A stretch of 60,475 bases of DNA, from positions 1 through 60,475 of the IMG/VR virus record IMGVR_UViG_3300028034_000003, one strand, 5' to 3'. The position numbers were made by a program, and so were the translations under genes. This DNA comes from a virus. A model generated the notes under the pieces. That model was not told the DNA's origin and did no database searches. It saw only the letters and a list, made by a program, of their open reading frames with translations. This document shows positions 47,287 through 57,642 of the stretch, piece after piece; positions within the stretch are counted from its first letter, which is position 1; each line of letters opens with the position of its first letter.

Positions 47287-47717
47287 AGATACCCCGCCGA
47301 AAATAATTGTTGATCAAGCCTGCCTATAATATACATGTATTGTTGGCAGGTGAAATCATCCATTACATTGAAATCATTTTTATCTTGTACCGATTTTATA
47401 TCATCAAGTTTCTCCATTATCGGTTTTCCTTCATATTCATCATACCAGCGCCTTTTAACACTATCTCTATACCCATAGATGAAATTGTAATTAACTCTGA
47501 TGAGTAAATTCTCTTCATCAAATTCTATCACACCAATTCTTTCGAGTGCGCCCAATGCAGCATAGATACGATATTCAGGCACTTTATCATTGGCATGCAT
47601 CTTTAACTCATCAAAATCTATAGTGAATGGTTTATTAGTCATTCTAATATTAATAGCATCAGTGATACAATCTGCCACTATATGTCTTGCTCTGTACACA
47701 TTTTCTTGTAAATCCAT
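47283..47717 (-). CDS. Hypothetical protein (winged-helix-like)
   Basis: Promoter and AGGAGG RBS. Confidence 0.65.
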   Translation of the reverse strand: MDLQENVYRARHIVADCITDAINIRMTNKPFTIDFDELKMHANDKVPEYRIYAALGALERIGVIEFDEENLLIRVNYNFIYGYRDSVKRRWYDEYEGKPIMEKLDDIKSVQDKNDFNVMDDFTCQQYMYIIGRLDQQLFSAGYL

Positions 47718-47759
47718 ATTATTCCTCCTTATTTACTTGATACTCTTAGTACACACCTA

Positions 47760-47806
47760 TATTATATAAAGGTTACTATTTTGAATGGGTATAAAAAAAA
47801 ATACTT
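47760..47806 (-). promoter_or_regulatory. Recurrent terminator-promoter module (U-run, ACCCATTCAAAATA, BRE/TATA AACCTTTA)
   Basis: Similar copies at ~575-620, ~45800-45845 and ~59295-59340. The core AATAGAAACCT(T/A)TATA also occurs at ~37320, 39300, 49500 and 55190. Confidence 0.65.
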
Positions 47807-47807
47807 T

Positions 47808-48176
47808 TCAGTGACTTTCTTTTCTAAACTGTCGATAATATCGCTTAGCATAACATGCTAAACACACTATTTCCTTTCCACCTCTCCATCTAATGAGGCG
47901 ACCATTTGTAGTGTATCCGTTTACTCCACAATCACCACATTCACCTTCTTGATCAGGTTTTTTCCTGTTGTAATCCAATCCAGCAAGTTTGACTGCATTG
48001 TTCCATCCATCCTCAACACCTTTCTTAGATGCAAAACGCTTCTGATAAAGTGATGGATATGGCCCACCTTTCCTATTTAGCATATCCTGCATTCTTGGTG
48101 TTCTTCCCAATTCTATGGCTACCTGTGCCATAATATCGATCAAATCTTCATCACTATACTTTTTCATTGGCGGCAT
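47808..48176 (-). CDS. Homing-endonuclease-associated repeat protein with C-terminal Zn ribbon
   Basis: KYSDEDLID......LGRTP...DM...P....Y.KRF..W..AV..AGL; CGDC...CLAC. Confidence 0.7.
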   Translation of the reverse strand: MPPMKKYSDEDLIDIMAQVAIELGRTPRMQDMLNRKGGPYPSLYQKRFASKKGVEDGWNNAVKLAGLDYNRKKPDQEGECGDCGVNGYTTNGRLIRWRGGKEIVCLACYAKRYYRQFRKESH

Positions 48177-48460
48177 TAATTTTCTCCTCCTCGTTTTAAC
48201 ATTTTGAAATTATCACAATCTTCTTTACATTCTCCATCATAGTAATATATACACACATCCTTTGCACTATCAAAAAATGCGCATTCAGTGCATTGCCCGG
48301 CAACTTTTCTGAATTTCCAGACGTTAACCAGTGCTGTTAGTAGCATTACTGCTAAGAACAATGTGCCTATGATTGGAAAAAAGATACTTAGTATAAAAAC
48401 TATACCTACTATTATTGCTGTAAACATATCATCATTCATATCATACCCTCCGGGGTTCAA
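48176..48460 (-). CDS. Membrane protein with Cys-rich tail
   Basis: TM segment plus CTEC..C...C...C. Confidence 0.6.
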   Translation of the reverse strand: MNPGGYDMNDDMFTAIIVGIVFILSIFFPIIGTLFLAVMLLTALVNVWKFRKVAGQCTECAFFDSAKDVCIYYYDGECKEDCDNFKMLKRGGEN

Positions 48461-48758
48461 AACTATTCATTCTCTCTTTACGGGCTTCTGCCAATTTGTA
48501 TGCAGCACTCTTGTTATCCTCACGTTCAAGCATTTCATGCACATACATGCATTTATTGGCAAGTTTTACCATCTCATTTTTTATTATCTGAGGATTTGCC
48601 CCAGAAATAGCATCCTGTACATTGGCTGCCCATTCTTCCCATGCTTCACTCAATGTGGCATCATGCAGCATATGATAACCTTTCTTTGCGCCCAACTTAT
48701 CATGTTCGGCTCGCATGTTGCTTAAAAATACATCAAAAGAATTATATTCATCTTTCAT
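48441..48758 (-). CDS. MazG-like all-alpha NTP pyrophosphohydrolase (tentative)
   Basis: E..EE...V...I......EMV..AN pattern. Confidence 0.4.
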   Translation of the reverse strand: MKDEYNSFDVFLSNMRAEHDKLGAKKGYHMLHDATLSEAWEEWAANVQDAISGANPQIIKNEMVKLANKCMYVHEMLEREDNKSAAYKLAEARKERMNSFEPRRV

Positions 48759-49084
48759 TTCTTTACCTCCTTAGCCAAATCTTCCATGAACTTATTATGT
48801 TCTCTTACAAGTTCCATAAATTCACTAAATGTGGGCTCATGCTCTTTCTTCACCTTTTTATTTATCTTTTTAGTAAATAAAATTTTATCCAGAGTTTTTA
48901 AAATTCCTTCAGGTGTATTAGAGCAGAATTTTTGTAAACTGTAATTTGATTTATCCTTAGAGTCTTTAATACCTATAGTGGCGCTCAATGTATCAACATA
49001 AACTTCTACCCTTGGGTAATCTTTAGATGTTAAAGGAATGACACATACAGGTTTTTTCGGCTCTTTATTCTTTTTAGGGGGCAT
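48755..49084 (-). CDS. Hypothetical protein
   Basis: Operon coupling. Confidence 0.6.
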   Translation of the reverse strand: MPPKKNKEPKKPVCVIPLTSKDYPRVEVYVDTLSATIGIKDSKDKSNYSLQKFCSNTPEGILKTLDKILFTKKINKKVKKEHEPTFSEFMELVREHNKFMEDLAKEVKK

Positions 49085-49452
49085 TATTTAGCCGCCCTAA
49101 TAGTTGTATTGGTTACTTCACTGTACATTTCCTCGCCCTTTATTTCCTCTGGAAGAATGCCTGCATCAACAAGCCCATTAACCTTTTTACGATCAAGACT
49201 CATCACATCACCCCGAAGTTTTTCGGGTATCATTTGGATTACAACATTTTCATCACGGTACTTTCTGAATCTGTGCTGCTTTTTGATAGACACATTATAC
49301 CGTCCAGCATTAAGTTCAGTGATTCTTTGTTCATCACAGATTGTTTCGAGTTCACTCTTAGCCTTCTTGTATGCTGCGTCTGCTGCATCCCTTGCGGCTT
49401 TAAGTCTTGCACATCTATATGCGAGTTCTTCTAATGATTCTTTTGTTTCCAT
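49084..49452 (-). CDS. Hypothetical coiled-coil protein (Gp157/Gam-like, tentative)
   Basis: Promoter and GGAGG RBS; helical N-terminus followed by beta strands. Confidence 0.55.
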   Translation of the reverse strand: METKESLEELAYRCARLKAARDAADAAYKKAKSELETICDEQRITELNAGRYNVSIKKQHRFRKYRDENVVIQMIPEKLRGDVMSLDRKKVNGLVDAGILPEEIKGEEMYSEVTNTTIRAAK

Positions 49453-49515
49453 AATATTCCTCCTTTGTTATGTTAGTATTCTCTATATAGGTTTAAGACT
49501 ATATAAAGGTTTCTA

Positions 49516-50175
49516 TTATTGTATGATAAATCCAATTGGTTCACTTTGTTTTTTCGTATAACTACTCCCATGTTTCTCATATCCATGGTGTGTCATGAAT
49601 ATATCTATTGCTTTCTCATCTTTACAATCTAAATATTTAGACAACCAACTAAAATAAACTTTATCTTTGTTCAAAATGGCTGACATAAATTCAGATGATA
49701 TACAATATGTGCCATATGACTCATATTCTAATTTACCATCCCATACAAGATAGTCCAACATGACATTACTATCAGCAGCATATGTGTAATATACGCCTGT
49801 TTTAAGCATATGTATCCATGATGCCTGATTCCATTTAGGCTGAGAAAACAATTTTAAAATTCTTTTAACCAGCCCATCGGCTACATCTGGTTCTCTGGTC
49901 TTAGTAAGTTTGTAAACTTTAGTTGCTAAATTTTTAGAATCTTTCTCAATAAGTTTCTTTATCTCCTCCTCTAAACAAATATTTACCTTTACCACAAATT
50001 CATTATCTTGGCTCTTGCGCACTACAAAAAGGCCTGATGTTAAATCATCTCTGAGATTTTCAAGGCCTTCATTATCTACTATTCCATAGCCACGCACAAG
50101 AATCTGATCTCTTAAAAAGAAAAGGTGAACATCCATGCGCCACCTCAGTCTAAAAGGTCTTTGAAATCTGTCCAA
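49516..50175 (-). CDS. Hypothetical protein (start uncertain)
   Basis: Long ORF in an operon. Confidence 0.6.
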   Translation of the reverse strand: MDRFQRPFRLRWRMDVHLFFLRDQILVRGYGIVDNEGLENLRDDLTSGLFVVRKSQDNEFVVKVNICLEEEIKKLIEKDSKNLATKVYKLTKTREPDVADGLVKRILKLFSQPKWNQASWIHMLKTGVYYTYAADSNVMLDYLVWDGKLEYESYGTYCISSEFMSAILNKDKVYFSWLSKYLDCKDEKAIDIFMTHHGYEKHGSSYTKKQSEPIGFIIQ

Positions 50176-50549
50176 TTATTGACATCACATTTTAAAATGA
50201 TATAACCAGCAAGATCAACAAAATCATTTTTCCGATGTATTTCAGATTTCTTTATCCTTCGTAATTTATCATCCATTCTATCATTAATCTGATCTTCAGC
50301 ACTTGCATCGCTACATATGTTTATTGGGTCACGGGCAGAATCGTTATATCGAAAATTTTTAACTTTCAAAAAGAATGCTAATTCTTTGCATATAGTATCT
50401 ATTTTATCAGCATTCGGAGCTAATTCTGCTTCTCGTTCTAACTGAGAAAATGGTTCTGGTTTCTTTGTTGGAATTGTAGCACCTATTTCATCCTGTCTAT
50501 TATAAAAGTCTATACGAGCACTGTTATTTGGATTATTCATTTCACACAT
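50145..50549 (-). CDS. Nucleotide-modification-associated domain 1 (DUF1599/Nmad1-like)
   Basis: KN.RY.DS.......RMDDKLRRI....DFVDLAGY.IL. Confidence 0.7.
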   Translation of the reverse strand: MCEMNNPNNSARIDFYNRQDEIGATIPTKKPEPFSQLEREAELAPNADKIDTICKELAFFLKVKNFRYNDSARDPINICSDASAEDQINDRMDDKLRRIKKSEIHRKNDFVDLAGYIILKCDVNNWTDFKDLLD

Positions 50550-50554
50550 TTAAA

Positions 50555-50941
50555 TCACTCTCCCATCATTAAACTTACATATTTGTGAACATCTTCACTT
50601 TTCACACCATTCAAAATATTAGAATATATTATAGGTATATTCTCTGTTCTTGCATACTCCATTTCTATGCATGCACCTTTTGATTTTCTCCAATTATTCA
50701 TCATCAAAATAGCATCACATCTACTCAAGATATTTATATCCTGTTCTAAATATCTTTCATGAGTAAATTCATATTGCTGGTATCCTGCTGTGTTTTTATG
50801 TGGAGTAATCACATCAAAACCATTGCGCATAAGCATTACAGCAATATCTTCAGCCCTTTGAATATTCTCATTTATCTCTTCTTCTGTAGGGGCGGTATAT
50901 GGCCCTGACACATAAATAAGTTTATTCCTGTCTCCTAACAT
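50555..50941 (-). CDS. DUF4406/DUF1937 nucleoside deoxyribosyltransferase-like protein
   Basis: IYVSGPYT, CDAILMMNNW..SKGA..E motifs. Confidence 0.8.
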   Translation of the reverse strand: MLGDRNKLIYVSGPYTAPTEEEINENIQRAEDIAVMLMRNGFDVITPHKNTAGYQQYEFTHERYLEQDINILSRCDAILMMNNWRKSKGACIEMEYARTENIPIIYSNILNGVKSEDVHKYVSLMMGE

Positions 50942-51176
50942 TTAATTCCTCCTTTATTTTTAACATTGTAGGTTCTAACTTCCTTGTTATACCCAAAATA
51001 CAAACTACCCAATACAATATAAACATTGTCATTTGTTCATATGAGCCAATGTAAAAATTGTATCCAATGAGAATTGGATTGGATACAAACCATATTTTAT
51101 TAGCCCACATAGACTCATGTGCAGCCACCATGAGCGCACCGAGGAAGTTCACGAATATGACTATCCACATCAACAT
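50922..51176 (-). CDS. Small membrane protein
   Basis: Three hydrophobic helices. Confidence 0.65.
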   Translation of the reverse strand: MLMWIVIFVNFLGALMVAAHESMWANKIWFVSNPILIGYNFYIGSYEQMTMFILYWVVCILGITRKLEPTMLKIKEELNVRRQE

Positions 51177-51185
51177 TCGAGCACC

Positions 51186-54100
51186 TCAGTCGCACTTAGA
51201 GTAGCCACATACACATGTCACACATCCACCTGAATGCATCATAGGTGCACCACATTCAGGACAAATTGTGCCTTTTTGTATAGGTGGATGTTCATGTATT
51301 TCGTTTAGTGGTATACCATCAATATCTAAATTCGTATTCGTTGATTTGTCGATTTCATTTTGAAATTCAAGTAATTTATTGAGCATTGCATTACCACAGT
51401 TCCCACCTTTACTCAATTTTTTACCTAAAATACGGGCAGCAGTAAATGAATTACATGCATTAATGCCACTGAATGCTTTCTGTATATTTTCAACATTACC
51501 ACCCAATCTAAGCATACCGGACATGGCTACAGCAATATTATCTAATGACCTTTCACATCCACCTTTACCACTACGCTTTATCCAAAAATCAATTATTTTG
51601 TTTTCGGATTTAGAATAACCTATCTGCATCATAATCTGACCACAACCAGTGTAAACTTTGTGAGGATAATATAATGTGTCAGCAGGTTTTTTTGCCCAAT
51701 CTCCACGCTCAAGTGTAGGGTTTGTTGAAATTGTTTCATCATCATCTTTGGTATCTTCTGCTACTGTAAGCACGCCCTCACGCTTGTTACCACTTCTATG
51801 TACAGTAATACCCTTCAATCCATGCTTCCATGCCTCAACATACAAATTGTACACATCATCAATAGTAGCATAGTTTGGCAAATTAACTGTACTTGATATA
51901 GATGAATCTACATATTTCTGGAAAACACCTTGAGTCTTAATTCTATGCATATAATTAATATCAGAGGATGTTACAAAATATTCTGGTAATTGATATTTAC
52001 CATAGGTTTTATTATACCATTCAACTATAGGTACATCAACATCATAATATTTATCCTCACCATGAAGACTTTCTGTTTTGCGCTTGTAATTTAATGCAAA
52101 GTGTGGTTCAATACCACCAGACACTCCAAGCATAGTACTTATAGTTCCATTTGGCGCAATAGATAAAATTGTCGAATTTGCCAATCCATATTCTTTAATA
52201 TATGATTCAGACATAGTGCCTAAACATCTTGCAGCAAATTCTGATTCTAATACTGCATCATAATCTATATCTAGAGCACAATTATTATCTTTTGCATATT
52301 TAGCAGATGCCTGAACAGCGCAATTTATAATGAACTTCATCAAATCTTCGGTCAATTTGTTTGCTCCGTCTGACCCATATGTCAAGCCATGTTTAATAAG
52401 CCAATCAGCATATCCCATAATGCCTAATCCGATTTGCCCCCATTTTCTTGCGGCTTTCTGTTGCTCTTCCAATGGGTGTAATGGAATACCTTCATACAGA
52501 ACATCATTTAATGCATATACAGCAATTGTGACAATACGATCTAATTCTGTGTATGGGATATGATTCATTGATGCACATTCCAATTCTGCTAAATTAATGC
52601 TACCTAATAGACATGCACCACCATCAGGAAGCCCGACTTCGCCGCAAGGATTAGTGGTTTTTATTTTAAAATCTTCTATATGTTCCATCAAATTATAATT
52701 AGCCATTCTATCAATAAATATCATTCCCGGTTCTGACCATTCATGATTATTTTTTGCAATAGTTTTAAGCATTTGATGTGCATTACTATCTTTATAGATC
52801 ATTTCACCTGTATGTCTCTTAAATCTTAGAGGATGGTTATATTTATCGTCATAACTATTTGCCATAAATTCATCTGATGCCTCTACAGATATATTGCATT
52901 TGGTCAATTTATCTGTTTCAGTTTTTACATTGATAAAATCATGAATATCAGGATGTTCTGTACTCAATGAAAGCATTAAAGCGCCTCTACGGCCATCTTG
53001 CCCAATCAATTCAGTGGTTTTGTCATAGAGTTCTGCAAATGAAATTGCCCCACTTGTAAACTTAGCAGCATTATTTATTTTAGCGCCTTTCGGGGCAAGA
53101 TTAGATAATGATGTGCCACATCCTCCACCATAACTGTATGTACGAGCCATCTTTTTAGCAGTCTCATAGATACTTTCTAAATTATCTTCCGGGGGAGTAA
53201 CTACATAACAATTATGACATATCACGCCATTCACTGAGTAACTATGTGAACCTTCTACCGATATATTATATACCATAGTTTCCTGATTTTCCAATATTTC
53301 TACATCATCCACATTTGTGTAAACATCCCCGTCAACGTAGTTATGTCTAGTAATACCCTTATATGCAGCATGCATTATATCATTGACACGGTTATCATCA
53401 TACACCTTGCTCATATCTTTCAAAACCTTATATTTTGAAAATATTACAGGTATAGATATGGATGATGCTGTATAAGTTCTCAATGATGTACTCATGGATT
53501 GTGCAAATCTTTTAGGTGGAGCCACGTTCACACCATTTAAAAACAGTGTTTCTCGCACGTCCTCTAAAAGCGCAGTGTTTTTCATGACCAATTTTACAAT
53601 ACCGCCTTTATTTACACATGCGTCCGCGTCTAGTATACCCATGACCAAATCTTTGCTACCTATAAGCTGTCTAGGGATTCTTTTCGTGGTACATCCAGTT
53701 CCCACGAATTTGGCTATAAATTCTGCAAGTAGGGGATTCTCTAATCTAAGTATTAAGGTATGCTGCTCTTCATTACACCTCACGGATGGTTTTACACCCA
53801 CCATATCTGTAAGAATCTGCACACATCGTTCGCATACATCCTGTTCATTTACAGAATTAAAAACTATCTGGAATATGCTATGGTTGCGCTTACCTCTACG
53901 GCGCGTTGTGCTTCCATCACCAATCCATCTACCTATTAAATACATTACATCCGAGTTAATCTCAATATCGTCCTTTATAGGATTTCCATACTTTACACTA
54001 TTTGCACCATTTCCACCCATGTATGATGTACCACATTTTACATAGCCGTCACCACAGTCGTATATTTTAAATACATCAGTAGTTGTCAGATAATCAGATA

Positions 54101-54650
54101 GACGTATGTTAAATGTGGGTACTTCAAAGTTTTCAATGGTTGGTATTTTTAATTTATGAGAGTTTTGATAATATTTCCTATCCATATGCAGTCCTACCAA
54201 TCTATCTGCACGCACCCATCCATCATCGGTCAGGAACCTATGGTTAGGTGTGCATATCAGATCATCCATGAAGTACCTACCACTCAACTTATACATGTCA
54301 CCAGTATAAGACTTACTCATTGTAGCATTGACACGTTGCCATGTATTGTCATGGGTTATTACATAGTCGCCTTCCACGACATCCTCAATATTAACTCTAC
54401 CTCGTTTAGTAATAACCTTGGTGCCAGCGATAAAGCAGTTTGACATACTCACATTCCTATCTTCAATCCCCCTATTAGCAAGTATCCTGCCTGCAAACAT
54501 GAATTTTTTAGACTTAATCAACTCACGTACTGAATCATCACATGCACTCACTCTATCAAGCCATGCATCAAATGACTCTCCTTCATGGCGATATTTTTTA
54601 TTCCAAATATCTAACCCTATCTGACTATTGAAATACTCTTCTGCTTTCAT
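51186..54650 (-). CDS. nrdJ: Class II (B12-dependent) ribonucleotide reductase with intein and C-terminal TSCPD/Zn ribbon
   Basis: FAGRIL, SNC, GRRGALM, TNPCGE, ACLLGSINL, SIAPNGT and GITVHR motifs. Confidence 0.93.
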   Translation of the reverse strand: MKAEEYFNSQIGLDIWNKKYRHEGESFDAWLDRVSACDDSVRELIKSKKFMFAGRILANRGIEDRNVSMSNCFIAGTKVITKRGRVNIEDVVEGDYVITHDNTWQRVNATMSKSYTGDMYKLSGRYFMDDLICTPNHRFLTDDGWVRADRLVGLHMDRKYYQNSHKLKIPTIENFEVPTFNIRLSDYLTTTDVFKIYDCGDGYVKCGTSYMGGNGANSVKYGNPIKDDIEINSDVMYLIGRWIGDGSTTRRRGKRNHSIFQIVFNSVNEQDVCERCVQILTDMVGVKPSVRCNEEQHTLILRLENPLLAEFIAKFVGTGCTTKRIPRQLIGSKDLVMGILDADACVNKGGIVKLVMKNTALLEDVRETLFLNGVNVAPPKRFAQSMSTSLRTYTASSISIPVIFSKYKVLKDMSKVYDDNRVNDIMHAAYKGITRHNYVDGDVYTNVDDVEILENQETMVYNISVEGSHSYSVNGVICHNCYVVTPPEDNLESIYETAKKMARTYSYGGGCGTSLSNLAPKGAKINNAAKFTSGAISFAELYDKTTELIGQDGRRGALMLSLSTEHPDIHDFINVKTETDKLTKCNISVEASDEFMANSYDDKYNHPLRFKRHTGEMIYKDSNAHQMLKTIAKNNHEWSEPGMIFIDRMANYNLMEHIEDFKIKTTNPCGEVGLPDGGACLLGSINLAELECASMNHIPYTELDRIVTIAVYALNDVLYEGIPLHPLEEQQKAARKWGQIGLGIMGYADWLIKHGLTYGSDGANKLTEDLMKFIINCAVQASAKYAKDNNCALDIDYDAVLESEFAARCLGTMSESYIKEYGLANSTILSIAPNGTISTMLGVSGGIEPHFALNYKRKTESLHGEDKYYDVDVPIVEWYNKTYGKYQLPEYFVTSSDINYMHRIKTQGVFQKYVDSSISSTVNLPNYATIDDVYNLYVEAWKHGLKGITVHRSGNKREGVLTVAEDTKDDDETISTNPTLERGDWAKKPADTLYYPHKVYTGCGQIMMQIGYSKSENKIIDFWIKRSGKGGCERSLDNIAVAMSGMLRLGGNVENIQKAFSGINACNSFTAARILGKKLSKGGNCGNAMLNKLLEFQNEIDKSTNTNLDIDGIPLNEIHEHPPIQKGTICPECGAPMMHSGGCVTCVCGYSKCD
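53211..54437 (-). mobile_element. Intein (409 aa) with LAGLIDADG homing endonuclease in nrdJ
   Basis: N-terminal CFIAGTKV, C-terminal VYNISV...HN followed by Cys; IGRWIGDGS and MGILDADA blocks. Confidence 0.93.
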
Positions 54651-55148
54651 TTATTCACCTCTTATTTTCTTCGGAAATTTAAATTTCGCTCCAAGCATTT
54701 CATATCCACCTACTAGATATGCATATGCCTCTTTATTACCTGTATATGACTCAGCAAGGACTACAGTATTCCATGCCTTAGTATCATTTAATGCGCCCTG
54801 CATAAGCCATTGTTGAATGACAACTGGTGGAATTTCTGTGGCAAGTACTGCTTCAATTACATCTTTACGATCATCATCTTTCACTATTTTTTTAGTCAAT
54901 GATACAATATCATCTTTTTCAAATAGTGTTTCCTTGACTACTTTATCTTTCAACTTCGGGCTCACTTTACCTTTATGGACATACAATTTAAAATCAACAT
55001 CAATGTCCGGCAAGGCTTTCTTTTGTGCAGCAGTCAAATCATTAAATGCTACTTTAATTTCAACATCATCGGCAGCATCTACTCCAAATGTTGTTTGCCC
55101 ATTTCTAAATCCTTTCAATATTTCAAAATTTTGTGAACAAATCCACAT
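54651..55148 (-). CDS. Hypothetical protein, possibly a clamp-loader accessory (RFC-L/gp62-like) subunit
   Basis: Position beside the replisome; KFKFP tail. Function weakly supported. Confidence 0.45.
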   Translation of the reverse strand: MWICSQNFEILKGFRNGQTTFGVDAADDVEIKVAFNDLTAAQKKALPDIDVDFKLYVHKGKVSPKLKDKVVKETLFEKDDIVSLTKKIVKDDDRKDVIEAVLATEIPPVVIQQWLMQGALNDTKAWNTVVLAESYTGNKEAYAYLVGGYEMLGAKFKFPKKIRGE

Positions 55149-55199
55149 AATTATACCTCCTACATCTAATATAGTTTAAACCTATATATAGGTTTCTAT

Positions 55200-57083
55200 T
55201 TACACCATGAATCGTGTAAATGTTTTCTGTGCGTCATCAGTTACATCAGATAAATCTGAGTAAACTCTACTCAAATCAATATCAGCAATAGTGAAATTTT
55301 TTGCCTGATCGAGAGTAGCATATGACACACCTTTGCCTATACCTATACCACGTCTATTCTTAATTAGTTTGTGCTTGCCTTCACCTAACTCTTCAGAAAT
55401 TTTTGACTGTATGCTTGTGGTACTATTATACATTTCTAATGGCTTAACTTTAAATTCAATTGCCGCATTTTCAATATCAGTTTCAATGGCATCTGAAATC
55501 CAGCCATCGATATATGACAATGGAATCTTATGAGACAGATTTGTACTAATATATTCTTTAATATTTTCATTCCATATTTTACGGGCAAGAAATGAACTGT
55601 CTCGGCGCACTATAGAAAGTCCTTTAACTTTTACTTTGTCGTCATCCATGACCATGATATATTTCTTTTTCTTAAATTCGCCATAACCATCACTAAAAAA
55701 TCCCATAAACTTCATGCTATCCTCAATATCAATCTTAAATGAGTCTTGAGGAAATGGATAAATACTTTTGAGATTTGTGATAATTTCGTTTAATTGTTCT
55801 TGAAGTTCATCATCGGTCAGATCATCTGGGCATATAATATACTCACTATCGGTATCTCCATAAAGATGTTCATTTTCAAACTCAATTAATTTATGATGAA
55901 GATAAAGTAAATTAAATCTACATATCTTTGTACAGTCTGCCGCCGTATCTGCATCATATGTCTGTAAAAATTTGGGCGACCCTGAGATACCATAGATAGT
56001 ATTAATAATTATCTTTAGACCTTGTTGAAATTTATTTAGATAATTTAAATTCTCTTTTTCATCTTCAGATAAAATTTCACCATTATTCTTACGTTTTTGA
56101 TAAGATTTAATTTTATTTTTAGCATCCAATCTTAATAAGAATAATTTCTGAATTACTCTTTCACGCACACCCATGCCGCCACGAGTACAATACTCGCCCT
56201 GTAATTCTAATGTATGCCCATCAGGTGTAGTACCACCAGTGTACCTATATTGGCATTCTCCTTCAGTACAGTGCTTACATTTAGTGTACAGATTAGCCTG
56301 CATATACGCATGAGGATATGCAGATGTATAATCTACACATTTAATATTACCTACGGCTTTTTCCTTTGTAGGCTCAAATACATGGCCGCCTTTATAGGTA
56401 TCTAACCCATCATCAATATAAGCGCCATCATAAGTAGGTTGAAGCCCTGACATATGGCAAATTACTTTGTATGTTATTGCGCCCATAGAAGATTTTATGT
56501 AATTCTTTTTGCGCACATCATTTTTGGGCAAAAACAATGCCAATGGCTGATACATTTCTTCAATAAATTCATACAGTTCATTAGTGATTTCTATATCCTG
56601 CCTTAGATAATATTCGATTTCTTCAATCTCATCTTGAGTCATATCCTTATATTCTTTTTTTAGAAGATTATAATCAAAATCCTGAACTTTTCTCGAAAGT
56701 CCAAGGGTCTTACAAACAGCATCAAGGGAATATCCATCTAAAAAATTTGTGCCAAAAGTTGCCTCTCTAGATGTGACAACATCATATAAATCTATATGTT
56801 TACCAGTCAATGATGTTTCATATTTGAATAATTTATTATAATCATTGAGTAATACTGGAATATCATAATTATTGCCATTATATGTGACAATAAAATCTGC
56901 TTTCTTAATTGCTTTTCTAAGTTTATCAAAATCTTTTGCCCATATACAATGAATTTTATCGCTTTGATTGGTCTTTACACCAACTACTCTAGTGACAGCA
57001 GTATCAGTATCAAGACTGGTGGCCTCAATATCTATGATTAATACACGAGATTCATCCAAAATTTTCTGTGTTTTCGTATCCAT
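55200..57083 (-). CDS. polB: Family B DNA polymerase
   Basis: DIE, YNG.NYD, D.TSAYP, KIIINTIYG, YGDTDS and KKKY motifs; C-terminal PIP-like QKTFTRF. The start is probably ATG 57083. Confidence 0.95.
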   Translation of the reverse strand: MDTKTQKILDESRVLIIDIEATSLDTDTAVTRVVGVKTNQSDKIHCIWAKDFDKLRKAIKKADFIVTYNGNNYDIPVLLNDYNKLFKYETSLTGKHIDLYDVVTSREATFGTNFLDGYSLDAVCKTLGLSRKVQDFDYNLLKKEYKDMTQDEIEEIEYYLRQDIEITNELYEFIEEMYQPLALFLPKNDVRKKNYIKSSMGAITYKVICHMSGLQPTYDGAYIDDGLDTYKGGHVFEPTKEKAVGNIKCVDYTSAYPHAYMQANLYTKCKHCTEGECQYRYTGGTTPDGHTLELQGEYCTRGGMGVRERVIQKLFLLRLDAKNKIKSYQKRKNNGEILSEDEKENLNYLNKFQQGLKIIINTIYGISGSPKFLQTYDADTAADCTKICRFNLLYLHHKLIEFENEHLYGDTDSEYIICPDDLTDDELQEQLNEIITNLKSIYPFPQDSFKIDIEDSMKFMGFFSDGYGEFKKKKYIMVMDDDKVKVKGLSIVRRDSSFLARKIWNENIKEYISTNLSHKIPLSYIDGWISDAIETDIENAAIEFKVKPLEMYNSTTSIQSKISEELGEGKHKLIKNRRGIGIGKGVSYATLDQAKNFTIADIDLSRVYSDLSDVTDDAQKTFTRFMV

Positions 57084-57642
57084 TAAATTCCTCCCTTTTT
57101 ATTTTTACAAATTCTTCTGCTTTATTCTTAAAACGTTGATTAATGAATGAATACCCTATATTGATGTACAGGTTTATATGCTTATCGTCTGCTACATTAT
57201 GAGTCTCGCACACCTCCTCAATAACTCTTAATATTCCCAACAAAGTTATTGGATAGCCTTGAAACATTTCAAGATATGATACAGTAAATATAAAATTTAT
57301 ATCTTTATATGTATCCATAACTTGAACATTTTTTATCAACATTCCATCAATACTGATATTTGTAGTTAGAGATTTTTGTGTTGCTGCTAAAACACTATAT
57401 TTCAATTTGTTATATAGATATGCGTGACCCGGAATAATAGATGAATTGGCTATAACATCCATTTCATCAAGGGCTATTAGCATATGGTCAAGTTCCATGG
57501 CCAGAAAATCATAGATAGGGTATCCACCCATATCTGTGAGACTTATTGCCACACAATGATTGACCTTTTCATTGCCATCTGTCTGTAGATGAGATGATAC
57601 TTCATTTGTCCAAATTTCTTCTAAAAATCTGAATCTTAACAT
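57052..57642 (-). CDS. Hypothetical protein
   Basis: Between the clamp and polB genes, coupled. Confidence 0.65.
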   Translation of the reverse strand: MLRFRFLEEIWTNEVSSHLQTDGNEKVNHCVAISLTDMGGYPIYDFLAMELDHMLIALDEMDVIANSSIIPGHAYLYNKLKYSVLAATQKSLTTNISIDGMLIKNVQVMDTYKDINFIFTVSYLEMFQGYPITLLGILRVIEEVCETHNVADDKHINLYINIGYSFINQRFKNKAEEFVKIKREEFNGYENTENFG

